Shown: piece by piece, positions 22,193 through 35,586 of the stretch
How the letters are laid out: each line of letters opens with the position of its first letter
Numbering within the stretch: the first letter of the stretch is position 1
Made by a program: the position numbers and the translations under genes
DNA from: Chlorokybus atmophyticus
Lineage: Eukaryota; Plantae; Mesostigma and Chlorokybus algae
DNA length: 64,000 nucleotides
Assembly (NCBI GenBank): GCA_009103225.1
Contig: RHPI01003369.1
Span: forward strand, 17,896-81,895
Direction: 5' to 3'
The notes under the pieces: model-generated
Databases searched by the model: none
Told to the model about the DNA's origin: nothing
What the model saw: only the letters and a program-made list of their open reading frames with translations

Positions 22193-24682
22193 TCAGGATG
22201 ATGACAAGACAACCGATTGCATGGTGGCGTCCACGTGTTCAGGATAGGTCACATGGGCTGGTTGTTATTGTTCCTTCTGGTTTTCCATTGTTGTTGCTGT
22301 TGATTGTCTCATGTTAGCTTCAGAGTCGTCAGCAGGTCATCGTCAACAGCAGGGTGACGTCGAGAGAGAGTCGCAAGAGCGTTCCTCCCCCTGCACACAC
22401 ACATACACATGCAACAAGCAGTCGGCATGCTGTCTCTCGGATGCATCACAGCAAGCAACCCAACCAACCAACCAACCAACCAACCAACCAACACTACAGA
22501 TACGCACACGCCGAACCGGACTCAACGCTGACTAGACGCAAGACACACACACACACACCCATACACGACCTGTCCCGTCACGTCGTCAACTTCTGCGTCA
22601 CTGCGCATCTGTGCGTGGCAACTCAACCACCAGCACAACCACGACCACGACCACCAACACCAGCAGTGTCGGTCGCTCCACCTGTTGCACAATGACGGAC
22701 CTCCCTCCACGCTGCGATCTCTCTCTCCACTAAAAACCGCCAACTGTCAACGTCGCGTCAGCAACAGATCGTCCCGATGCGGCGGCGGCGTGGATGGGGA
22801 GCAGGAGGGCGTGAAGGAGGTGGAAGATGATGATGATGAGGAGGAGGAGGAGGAGGAAGTCGGCACCTTCCTGAGGCAAGTGCTTCAGCCACTTGCCTCT
22901 GGGAGGTGTTTCAGGTGCTCCCAATCTTTGTCGATCTCAAGAGTTGACTCGCTAGTGCTTTCTTATTTTCATGCACGCATGGACTGGCAGCAATAACCAC
23001 TGGTTTGTCTACTTGTGATACTTACCCTACCTCTCTGGCATGCTTTGCTTCATATCCCTTTGTCTGCCGCTGTTGCTGAGAGGCATCGCGATCTATTGCG
23101 TGTTGCTGCGGCAGCAACTCTGCATGTCATATGGTGCTGCTGATGTTCAGTATTGTGCTCCTTTACAGTGTACCACGGGTCTCTGACGTGTGCATCATGG
23201 CTTAGGTATCAACCAGTATCACTATCAGTGTCACATTCATGAGTGCACTGCCAATGCTTTACAAGCAACATCACTATCGATGCTGAAAATTTGAGTGAAG
23301 GCAAATAGCAGCTGGCATTCAACATGGCCCAATGCAAATTCTCTAGTAATCCAAGATGCTGTGCTGTGACAGATCTGGACATAAGCTCCTGCCAAGTTTG
23401 CTTTCTGTAGTTGGAGGGTAATTTCATGCCGTTGCTTGTACGATTAACCATACTCTTTCACACACGACAAATGTGCACTTGGCTGATAGGATCACGCGTG
23501 CAAGCGTGCGTGCATGAGAGTATGCGGGTGCGCACGCGTGCGTGTGGGAAGGGAGTGAATGTGGGTTTGTTAGCTTGTGGCTTGTAGGCTGTGTCTGAGT
23601 GTGGTCGCATGCTTGTGTGCGAGTGTGGTCGCATGCTTGTTCAAGTGTGTGTGTAAGGGTGCATGACTGTGTGTGCGGTTGCGTGCATGCATGCGCACTG
23701 GTGTGGGTGTGCTTCTGGTGCTTGGCTTGGATGGCACAAGCAGCTCGATGCCCCTAAAACTCAACCACTAGCTATTGGCACTGGTGTCACACCCACCGCA
23801 CTGGCTGATTAGCACACACGCAACTGTGCGTGCGCACGTGTGTCTGTTCTGTGTGAGTACTAGTGTTTACTAGCTTCTATCAAGTGCACTGCAGTCACAT
23901 TCCAGCCCACCATCGCAACCTGTGTCAACGATAATATTTCTGTTGACAGAGGTTGCAATGGTGGTTCCGGCAATGTGAGCCGCATTGCTTTGTCTATTGG
24001 CTTCGCTGTTGTCATGAGCGCCAGCGCTGTCGCCCATTCGTGTCTCATGATGACTTCGAGAGTGCGTAAACCGTGTCTTACTCTCATGGTTGTCAGCAGC
24101 AGCTTTTATTTGCAGACATTTGCGAGACATTCTGCTTTTTATGCGCGGTGACAGGCTCGTCAGGAACAATCTTCGCTGATGTTTGCAATTTAGGCATATG
24201 TACGCCACCTGCAGGTGGTGCGGCACCCCTGGTTGTTAGCAGTTTCAGCCTTCTTAGCTCTATCATGGTGGTCGTGCGTTGTTGATTGTGTGATCCACTC
24301 GTGTTGGCTTTCTGTACACTGAAGTTGGCGAAGCAGTGACAGCACTCTTAAGCAATGCCAAGTTGTTGAGGACGTTTGCGTGCAGACATAGGCCTATGCA
24401 TATGCACGACTGATGCACATGGTAAATCAAAGGGGCCAAGAATACGAGCAATCACAGAACATCACGAATACCAACAAGCAACCACACACAAATAAACTCA
24501 ACCACTCGGCATGCGTGCATAGCTTGCAATGGCGACCCGATGGCAAGTTAGAGCACCTGTCACACAACAATTGGTCGGTTAGACCTCAAACAGCTTCAAC
24601 ATAATGCACCTGCCAACCACATGTATTATTGGCAGCAGTGTTCTACAGCATGCATCAGCGGAGACTGCATGTCAGTTGTTCA

Positions 24683-25642
24683 ATGGCGGAAGCAGGTGGC
24701 GGTGGCGGTGGCGGCGTGGGCGGCGAGGGCGCTGCGGCGGTGAGGCGGCTGGTGGCGGCGGTGGGCGCGCTGCTCGTCCTACTGCGCCACGTCGCCTACA
24801 ACGGCGCCACCGCCGCCGGAGGAGGAGCCAACCCCGCCGCAGCCGCGGCCGCCTCCCAGCGCGCGCAGCTGCTCGTGCAACAGGTGCCTTGATGTTTATA
24901 ATGATGGTATTGGTGTTACTAATGCTAATGGTATGGGTGCATGAATGGGGAGTGCCGTGATGATATGTTCGACCATTGCAACAAACGTTATGCCAGTAGC
25001 GTGCATACGTGCACAATGCCTCCAAGGCATGGTAGAACGCACTCACTTTGTTTTGTTTTTGATTGTGTGTGTGTACTGTCAGCCACTCGCGTGACAGCCG
25101 GTTCTTATGCAGTCAATGCACCCCTATGCATGCATGATAAGGCAATTGCCATGCGCGTACACATGCGTGTGTGGCACTGAAGCGATAGCAATACACACGC
25201 TCTACTACAAATCTCGGCATGTGCATGCTAAAAGGTAGTATCCCTGTCAACCAACTGACTGATCGAACGCTGTGTTGGAATCTGTTGTCGTTGTGCAACG
25301 CAGATTGCAGAGTCGCTGGCCAAGACGCGCAGACTCCTCAAAGCCTTGAAGCAGGGAACAAACGAGCAGCAGCAGCAGCTACAACCACCACCACAGCCAC
25401 CACAGCCACCACAGCCTCAACAACAGCAGCAGCAACAAGTACAAACACAACCACAGCCACAACAACAACTGCCACAACAGCCACAACAGCAGCAGCAGCA
25501 GCAGCATGAGAGGCTGCGGGCATTGAGGGAGGAGTGCGAGCGCAAGAATGCCGCGCTGGGGGTGCTGATTGGCCGGCTGAGGGAGCTGCTGGCGGATGTC
25601 GCCACCATGCAACCGCTGCCGCCCCTCCCGGCAGACAGGTGA
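24683..25642 (+). CDS. MED30: Mediator subunit 30-like, 2 exons
   Basis: Exon 1 MAEAGGG...EGAAAVRRLVAAVGALL; exon 2 IAESLAKTRRLLKAL, polyQ/P, then LRALREECERKNAALGVLIGRLRELLADVATMQ, which resembles the plant MED30 C-terminus (KN...LID..R.LI.DI..WQ) as I recall it. Confidence 0.65.
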
Positions 25643-26268
25643 TATGTAAACCGTAGCACGCACGCGTGCAGCAGGCTGAGATGGAGGAGGCTCTGTCATC
25701 CAGAATGTAGCAGCCGAGTTCAACACAGGTATGGGCGTATGTGTGCGGGGTGCTCTATCATATATGCTGGCGCAAGCATTGTTGACATGCGCACTCTGCT
25801 GCTGCATTGTGTACATGCATGTGTGTGCAGTTGTGATGGAGTTTTCCGGTTGCTGCCATGAGATGATTGGATTTATGTCACAGAAGCAGGGGTCATGATG
25901 GGGCAATGTGTCCGAGCTACACCTGCTTTAGCCACAAGCACAGGAGATATTGAGTGAAGCCAAAAGATGGCCATCTTTGCTTTGATATGGCCTGTTGGCA
26001 TCCATCTTTGATGTGATCACCTTGTTGAGTTTGGGTTCTATAAGTATGCAGCAACTGTGCCCGCTTACTGAATATGACCGACATCAACACAACAAACAAG
26101 TTGCAGTCAATGCGTGTTAGTGCCTCAACTTTCACCACACGACATTGGCACGTACATCTGTAGTGTTTGCCGTACATCTATAGGTTGACTTCAACAGTAG
26201 CATATCAATATGACACAACGGCTGCAGCAGTCCAGCTACAGCTAGTAATAATGATAGTACAACAGACA

Positions 26269-29200
26269 TCAAACTGTTCTTGCTGTCTGCGTCAGCCAGC
26301 GACGCAGGCCGGCGGCCAGCTCGACCACATCACCATTTGTACCGCATGAGCAGCGCCACGGGCGAAGTGTGGTTGTCACCCTCTCCAGCCTATCTGTTAA
26401 CCGCACGCAGAGCCGAGTGGCCGACCCATCACTCGTCACAACCTGACAACTTGGATGTCAGCTCAACTCTGTTGTGAACATGAGCACACTGAGTGCAACC
26501 AATGCACACGGCCAAGCGAAGAACAACACACCAACTCTTCTGCATGCATGTGCGTGAGTTGACTGAGTACAGCCAATGAGCATGCCTTGTACAGAGTACG
26601 CTAAAGCAGCCAAATACCTGTACAGAGCACTGGTATGCGAGTCGGCAGAGCAGTGCAAGTGCTTCGGGTAGCAAGCATGTTGGCATGTATGCACCCTGCG
26701 GTAATTCCTCTGCGTACGTGTCATCATGAAACTGTATCTCCTGCTGCACGAGGCGCATGAGCAGCACCAAGACCCCACCCGCGCCCTCCTCCACGCCGGT
26801 GCCAGGCTCGCTCGGGTCGCACGACAGCAGCGCAGCCACACCTCCGTCGGGATACGCCGCGATGAAGTTGACAAGCCGCACGGCGGAGGTGTGAAGCTCC
26901 CGCGCATCACGATGTTCCCAACCACCCGTGTCAATGCATTGCAGCGTGCGTCTCAGCTTCAGCTCCCACACGCTGACAGCAGGTGGCTCTTTGCTCTTAC
27001 TCCTGTTGTCGCCCGCATTGATCGCGTTGATGCTCACAGAGTTGCTCACGTCACTTGAAGTTCGTTGCAGCTCAGGGAGCTCAGACGCAGGAGGAGCTGC
27101 AGCAGGAGCCTCAACGTCCGGTCTCAACCTCTGCAAAAAAGCCGAGAGCGCTGCCATGTCCTGCAACACCACATGCAACAGCCACACGGCTTCTTTGCGC
27201 ACTAGTAGCGGCTGAGAGGGCTGCAGGCAGTCTGCTATGAGCCCATTTTCCAGCAGCCCGAAAAGGAGCTCTGATCTGCCTCGTGACATTGCCTCAACGC
27301 CGACGATGTTGAAGAAAGACAGTCCTTGGAGCCTCACTTCAGACGCTTGTGAGCGCTGCAAGCGAGTTGTGACGGTTCCCAGCACGTCCGAGTACACGCC
27401 TTCATCACTCCCGTTTGCAGTCAAACAGCTCCTGAATCGGTCTTTCAGCTGCGCCGGCTCTCCTTGAATGTAAATCCGCGTTGATTGAAACACAGGATGC
27501 CGCTGCAGCTGCGATTGTGAGGTCTTGATATCCGCTGGTGCAGGGAGGCTATCAACAACAGTGCTGTTCGCATGCTTCAATCGATGTTCTCGCAGCAAGG
27601 CTGAGCTTGCAGTGGTTGCTCCTCGCAGGATGCATGCCATGGTGTCCCGGTCACGCGCTGCCAGCTGGCAAAGCACTTCCATCGCACCGCTGTGGCAACC
27701 ATCGCTGTGCCGGTCGCTTGCGATGACAGCACGAAGCGGACGCAACAGATCTGCCGGCTTGCATCGCCCGCTCGCTGCATCAACCATACATGAATACAGC
27801 TCTCGGCCTGATGTAGAGGCCACATCCGCTCCCTCTCCTCCTCCTTTGTCTTTCTCCTGATGGTCCTTTCTAACATCTTCCGTCAACAGCGAGTACAGAC
27901 CGCTTGAGCACGAAGACAGCAACCGCCGGACCAACTCGGCGCGCTTGCTGCTGCTGGCAGGCAACAGCACCACTTCATTGCCAGTGCTTGATGATGTAAT
28001 CGCCTGCGGCTGCATCCTCGCAGCAGCAAATGTGACATTGCTTTGCTGAGCCGATGGAGCCAATGGATTGGCTGCTAATGCACCCGCCCGGCCATGTGAA
28101 GCCGCATCCGAGTTGGCAGGAACTGTGTGTCCAGCCTCATTGCCATTCGCGTGCACTCCAGCGAGCCTCTCGGGCTGCCCCTGTGCTACACAAGGCCTAG
28201 TTGAGGGTTCCACTCCTGATGACGAAGAAGGTGCTAGCACCTGATGACCAACACGACAATTATAACCTCAGAGCGTGTATGTTCAAGTCTCAACTCTGTC
28301 TCATATGTGTCAACACACCTTCCTGTTGACGGGCAATGCGCCCGACTTGGTACTCGCGGCAGCTGCGGAAGCCTCTTCGGTTCGGCTGTTACTTGCGGCA
28401 ACATTCACGCGGTTCTCGTGATCCATCCTGCGACGCTTCTCCTCGGCCAACTCCTGGTCTTTGAACATCAGCTGCGACCGCAGCCGCTCCAAGTCGCGGG
28501 CTATATCTGCCTGCATGCCACCATGAACAAGCATGCCAAGCAACACAAACCGAAAGTATGTTGTAGGCCGTTGCATGTAACAACCATAAAGACGACACAA
28601 CAGCAGCAACAACAAGAACAGCCACAACTGACCTGGCTTTTGGCGTTGCGCTGGCTGGCTTGTGCGTCGGCGAGCTGCCGACGAAGGGAGAAAGCGTCTT
28701 GTTCCATTGCGGCCATGCGCGACCTCAGAATAGCCACCTCGCCCTCCTTTTCCGCCACTGTTCGGCGCAGCTGGAAGTTCTCTGTCTGAGCTCCATTGTT
28801 GGCATAACCACCTGCCAACAGACGGAACAGTAAGACTATAGTGTGATATGTACACGAATATAGCTGAACATGGACACATAAAAAATCACGGGGACTGCAG
28901 GAAAAAGATCACTGACGCAGGCAAGGAAGCGATCTGCAATTGCACTGTGGTACATCAATGGCAGTGCAAGCACAGCCAATAAAGTGCAGCTGTTCCAGAG
29001 CTTTCACAAGCTTGCAACGCGTGATGTGCTTGCATGGCGACATCCACTCAAGAAGCAACACCTGCCCAGCAATACCACAATTGCCACATTGACCATGCAA
29101 TACCAGAATTACCATTGTATGGTGCTGCCGAAGTTGTTGTTTGGTATGCTGAAGGAGCGGCAGCAGCAGTATGAGGAGGATGCTTATCAGGCGGCACGTA

Positions 29201-29434
29201 GGCTGGCTGCCTGTGGTCAAGCTGCTGCGGCACAAGAGAGGATCCAAAGCTGCCAGCCTGAAAAGGAGGAGCACTCGCAACCTGGTAAGCTGCCGATGCT
29301 TTGGTGGTTGGTAGTGGTTGTGGAGGTTGTGCGGCGGGTTGCGGCTGCGTGGACCCGCTCCGCCTGGCCGCCGCCAGCTCCTCAGCCTTCCTGATGGCCT
29401 CGTCGACGGCGTCCAGGTCCCAGTCGTCGTCCAT
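26269..29434 (-). CDS. ATR-interacting protein (ATRIP/SUV2)-like, multi-exon
   Basis: N-terminal acidic motif MDDDWDLDAVDE, coiled coil LRRTVAEKEGEVAILRSRM, and a long helical (ARM-like) C-terminal exon 28240-26690. The 3' end is approximate. Confidence 0.6.
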
Positions 29435-29675
29435 GCCACCATACGCCACCCCCGCCGCCGCCTCCACCACCGCGTCCAGCAGCAAGCTTCACACCTATTC
29501 TGTTACTGCAGCATGCAAGCGTTGCAGCAAGGCGGCAGGGCAGCGTAGCTGCTGCTGTGTGAGAGAGTGTTGCTGCTTGTGCAGCTTGCTTGTATAGCTA
29601 AGCTCTCTGTGTAGCATTGCTGGACGTTTGGTTGGAACTGTTAGCTTGACGGGCGCTGTGCATTGTTAGCCAGCC

Positions 29676-32501
29676 ATGAGCATGGGCGGAGAGGGCAACG
29701 ACGACGAGCCTGACTGGATGAAGGAGTTTCAGCCGGTAAGAGTCGCATGCTTGTAGGTGGTCAAGCCGTCAGCTGCGTGCTTGTTGCAAAAAGCTGTTGC
29801 AAAGGCATTTGTATATAATGCATGCAAGTGCATATTGGTTGTATGAAGCATTTGCCAACAGCATGCCTGGACACACAGAAAAAGCACACACATGAACAAA
29901 AGCAGAAAACCACACGTGCATGCGCGTACACATACGAAAAACATACAAGCCCAAACCCACACACTTGCATAGGCACGCTCGCACTCGCACTCTTTGTGCG
30001 TACGCACGCGCGCACAGAGAGGGAGGCAGAAGACATGAACACCAATTGGCAAATGAACTTGACCGCAACAAACATAGTGCAAACAAATCCAGCCTGAGTT
30101 GTAACACAATGGGTAGTGGCCAATGGCTATTGCTGCGTGTAGCCTCCATCCAGAGCCGTAATGCTGCTGCTCATACAACCTACTTTAGCTTGTGCTCCAT
30201 GTTGAAGGTGACCTCCACCGCTCCTAACCCTCCCACGCCATCAGATGATGATGAGAGCGTGCCTACGCCAAAGGCTTCAACTCCTCCCCAATCGGACAGC
30301 GACGGCGTCATTGACCTCTGCAACAGCACTGAGCCCAAACCAAGGCGTAAGCAGCTTAGTGCCAAGCTTGCTTCTACGCAAATGTGTAACACCATTTTGC
30401 TTGTTTCGTTGTTTGTCAATCGCTCGTTGGCTTGTTCGTTCGTTCGTTTGCTGGTCTGTCTGTCAGTTGGTTGGCTTGCTTGTTTGTCGTGGCTCATATG
30501 AAGTCAGTAGAGTACGAGTGCTAATGCAGTGTTATGTGTTATGACATAAGTTGAGTGATTGAAGCACCACGACTTGAAAATCTCAAACTCAATAAACTGA
30601 GTGAAGCGGTGCAGTGTTTGACTTGATGACTGAATGCAGGAATGAGGGAATGATTCATTCACAGTGGCTGTGGTCTAGCAGGTAAAAGTGACAGTAAAGC
30701 GAAACAGAAAGGTTTCAACACAAGTAAAGCTGCCAAAGGCGGAGAAACCGGCAAGCTCCGGGCGCTCTTTCACAAAGCAGCTGAGCGGGCCACGCTGCGT
30801 GCAAAGGAACGAAGTCCATTGAAGAAGAGTCCTCTGAAAAAGAGTCCATTGACAAAGAGGAAAACACTCAGCTTGTCGCCCAGCAAAGCGAATGTTGCAA
30901 GCACATCGAAGTCGGCGTTTTATGATTTGCCTGATGAAACCAAACCAGAAACATCGCCAAAGCGGCGACAGATTCATGAACAGGCTGCTTGCAATGATGA
31001 TGGCGGCTTTGTCGACCTTGCGAACAATGAGGATGAACATAAAGGTGCTGGAGCTGTTCCCGGAAAGGTGGGTCCAGAAGAAGACGACCACGACAACCAC
31101 AATGAGGAGAAGGCGCTTCCTGAAAAAGCAAGGCAGAAGGCAAGCCGTTGCGTGTGTGTGCTAGTATGCATGCGTGTATCTGATTCTGTACACATGCAAG
31201 CTCATACGTGCACATGTGGTTGAGGGTAGTTGCAGACAAATGACACCTAGAGGTTTGATATAACGCTGTTCTCTGTGTAACAGAGCTTGTCTTCAATGCC
31301 GCTATTCCTATCAGAGAAGCTCTCGCGGGCCAAAGTGCTTGTTGAGGTGGACGGTGACAGCGCTGCAGCTGATTTGAGCGGCGATGCGGGTGCTGTGGGG
31401 CGGTTGCGTGTGGGCAACGCGAGTGATCCAGACACACTCATCTTTGACTTGAAAGGTGTGTTCCTGACGTTGAAGTTGTTGTTAGGTAGTGCAAATTGGC
31501 CTTGTGTGTCGTTGAAGTCTCTCCTGTGAGCAGGTGTCATCTACAGAGGAGACATTGTGCCATCCATGGCGCTATGCGTGGTAACGTGATAGGGTGATGC
31601 GGGGATCTGTGACCTCAGAGACAGGCTGGCTGGTTGTGACAGTGAAACAACTATTTGTGCAGGTCAATATAGGTGCGGCGGAAGCCAAGGTGCGAGTGCG
31701 TGTGCGTGTGGCCATGCGCACGCGCAAATGGATATGTGCGTGCTACGCAAGGCTAGGCTGGTAGCGTATGCATTGCATGCTAGGTTAACAGCTTATGCTG
31801 CGTTGGTCATGTTACAGATTGAGTCTGTCACAACAGACTTCTTGAGGCTTACCGAGCAAGAGGGCTTGCAAGGAGGTGAAACTGTCGTGGAAGGTGAGGT
31901 TATGAGCACACTGACTGCGCTATCTCTCCAACAACACAACTGTGCCGGCAATGGGCACAATGCATAAAGTGTTGATTTGCCAACACTCCTTCGCAGGCAA
32001 CCTGGGCGCATTTGACCTTGCTGCGGGCGATGAGGAGACAGCTGGCGTGGCCCTCTCGCAGAAGAAGCGCAAAGCGGAAGAGAGCAATGCACGTGGCAGT
32101 GATGAAGGGAATGGTGACGAAGATGGCAAAAGAAAAAAGAAGATGAAGCTGGCGAAAGCGCCTGCTAAGCCAAAGCTTGGAGTAAGCAAACCTCTTGCAT
32201 CATTGTGTTGTTGAATTGTCTGCGTGCACGACTTCAACAGGTTATGGTCACTGCATCCGCGTGAAGCGGGTTACTCTGTTAGGCGCTTGGTGGCGCAACA
32301 AGGGTGAAACAAAAGACCAAAAAGGCTGGCAAGCCGCGTGCGAAAAAGGTAAGAGCAGAGAAGCGCAATGATTATGTATTAAGTAAAGGTTCGTGGCGTG
32401 CGCTGTCTCACCTCTGCTTGCTTTTCCATTAGGCACCCACTAAGCCGAGAGCAGCCAGCAAGGCCGCCAATGCGCGGCCGAAAAAGAAGGCGAAAGGGTG
32501 A
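29676..32501 (+). CDS. BIN4: DNA-binding protein BIN4/MIDGET (topoisomerase VI accessory subunit), multi-exon
   Basis: N-terminal EPDWMKEFQP; conserved core MPLFLSEKLSRAKVLVEVDGD...DLSGDAGAVGRL...LIFDLKG, then IESVTTDFLRL; Lys-rich tail ending KKKAKG*. Confidence 0.88.
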
Positions 32502-33793
32502 GATTATGTTTTCAGTCGTGTTGTGGGCAACATTGTGTGTAGCGTTGCACTACAGAACGATAGTCACATGCATATTCAGATGGTCAGCTGCAATCTACTG
32601 CCTGTCACAAGTCATGCCAAGGTTGCGGACCACGCTTGCGGTGGCTGCACAACTCTCTACCAGCAATGCCATTCGCTATTTTCTGTATCATTCATTACCG
32701 TGCATGACAAGTGCAACTCAAGGCTTCATCACGTCCCCAGGCACTCGGACTGATAGCATTTACTACAAGTCATAATGATAGCTCTAGCGGTTGTGCCTCT
32801 GCATGGTGATCACTGTAGCGGCGGCGATCTTTTGACTAAGATGGTCTTCCAGTACGCAACAGCGCCTCCCGCTTGCCCCCTCCTCTATTTTCTCTGATTG
32901 GAACGAAAGAAAATAACCCCGCGCCCACAATCCTGTGTTTGCGCACTGCCTGTCAGCTGCCCACACCGCGTTGGGCATGTTAGCCTATCCGTCAATGACA
33001 TTGGTACTGTAAGTAAAAATGCTGTTGCATGTCCGTGTGTTTGAGAGGGAGAGAGATAATGCAAACATACATCCAATGTACATGGTGTGTGATGTGTCGC
33101 ACAACCAATGGCCTGCTTGCACAACTGCTTTGCAGTAGGTCATGTGCAAAACAGTAAACACAGGAAACAGCCAATCTATCACGCTGTTGGTTTGTTTTCA
33201 CATGCCACCTCGAATGGCAATGCCATGGCATGGCGTGCTGTCGCATAGCACGCGCACAAACGCAATGAGATGAACCATGACATTTCTCAACAACACACTG
33301 TGAAATGCGACTACCCTACCTACCTTGTTTCAGCTCGATGCAGAACCCATCCAGCTACAGCAGCCTCCCAGCCGGTACGTGGCAGTCTCACCGCTGTTGT
33401 TGTGCACGCGCTACTCGTCAAGCTGCAGTGTCTCCTTCTGAACTGCTCAGAGGTTGCAGTGTGGCATGTCTTAATTCGAAGGGCACAGTGTGATGCTTGC
33501 GATTGAATGCTGTGCATTGGAGTCAGATTGCATCACAATGTTGTGGCATCAAGTGGTACATCCCTCAAGGGCATATCAGTGCACTCCTAGTCCGTGCGCC
33601 ACTCCCTCTGTCCTGGGCAGCGGCGGCGGTGGCGGTGGCGGTGGCGGCGGATCTGGAGGGGGAAGGGGGAGGATGTGGGCTCTGCCTGTTCTCTCTCCAG
33701 GTCGCGAGAAAGAGCGCTGCTGCTTAGCGCTGCCGCTCCGCCCTCGCCAGTCAGCCCCAAGCTCTAGTGTGTCAGTGCGGCCTCCAGGTAAGG

Positions 33794-33795
<2 letters not shown>

Positions 33796-33849
<54 letters not shown>
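33796..33849. repeat. (CT)n microsatellite
   Basis: Direct read of about 27 CT units. Confidence 0.95.
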
Positions 33850-33852
<3 letters not shown>

Positions 33853-35586
33853 TTTCCCTATCCTGTACTTGCAGAAAACAGACGCTCACATGTGCACTTG
33901 TTCGTGCTTGTTGCTGTTTTACATGAAACGCTTGGAATGCAACGCAGTGGTAGCATTTCTGAGCACCTTCATGTCTGTTGGCCATGTTGTACTTCAATCA
34001 GGCAGGAGGTCTATTTTTAGTTGCCTCGCTGTTGTTGTTGATGAATGTGTGATGTTGCAGGCATATGAGGTTTCAATGGGTGTGGCCCTGTGGTTGCTGA
34101 CGGGGGTAGTGAGACCTATTGATTAAAGGTGCGGTATGCCATGCAACTCTTAACACTTGGATGGTTACTGTACTATTTGAAGTACTTGTACTATAAAAAG
34201 TATTGAGAACCGGACTTTTTACGCTAACAAGTTGCAAACTCTATAGTATTAATCTATAGTCGTGCCATACATGGTTGGAAGCAAAAGTTGAAGGCATACA
34301 CGAGAGAATTAACGTTAAGACTTGTTGGTCTATGATGTAGCATCCTCTAGTTGTAAATTCATACGAAATCTGCAGCACAACATGACCCGGTGGGTTATTA
34401 TGAAACAACTTATGCTATATCCAGTACAACATGGTTACCAACCTTGCAATAGCATCAGTACATGCTAGCAAACACATGTATAGTCACTTGTGCACACATT
34501 ATCAAGTTTGGGATGTTGTTCAAGTGATAACACTATAGCACATTGCGCAGCCGCAAGCTGCATACTTATAAGCATGTTTAGAATTTTCACGCCATGCTCA
34601 AGTGCCGATCAGCCTAAGAAATTTTTCCATTAGTGTTTAAGTTATAAGGAATGCCTTCCCGAGAAGGTTGACTGAAGGTCTACATTTATTGTAGCATGTT
34701 ACCTAAATTGCATTTCAATCATAATCATTACAATACAGTTATCGGCCTCCCTAGCGTTAAAGTGTAATTATATAATAAACGCATCGCAATTAGCGTTGAT
34801 TTTGTAATAGTGTGCAACAACACCCCAGCATCAAAGCCGAAGATATCATCGCTGAAGTAAACATTTTTGCATTTGTAGTGTATTGCATGGATGGGGGAGC
34901 AAGGTTAAGCTGCCGTGGAATTGATAACGCGTTTTGTACATTAAAATCGGCAATGCGTACAACTTTAAGCGATGACAATGAGATTGAGGAGCTGTTCCGG
35001 CTCTTGCTTAATGAAGAGAAAAAGCATGGGCACCTAACTGTGTTGGTATGCTACTTCCATGGCAACGACAACGAGGTCATTGAGACATCGAGCAATTTCT
35101 TGCAATGGTGATGGCGTAATAATGCAGCTTTTATTTGTTTGTGCAGTTGTTACTCGCTCGAGTCTAATTTGCTATACATACGTGTTTTTAATTAATAAAG
35201 AATGCGGAACGCGCTGCAATAAAGTGGAGGAGCAAACTCGAATCGCTGACGCCTCATTTGCTCAGCAGCGCTGATTGCACTACCAAACGGATCACCCGCT
35301 TAAGTTGTTGGTACAAGCAAACAACCGCTAGCTACTTGCTGACTTCTTCTAAGGTACCGATGAAGACAAGCTGAGGATTGTCTGCCTGGCACCGGAAGTC
35401 CCCTTTTCTCCTGGTAACCCATACGTCTCTTCAATGATATCAATGCTGCTATAGCTGCTACCTGAGAGTGTTGTCATTCGTGTCTCACTCTTTTTCTGTG
35501 TGACCTATGATGTTGCTGCTGCTTGCGCAGAGTGTGTGGTTCGTTTAGCTGATCATGAACATTGACATAATTGTGCGTACACCGCT

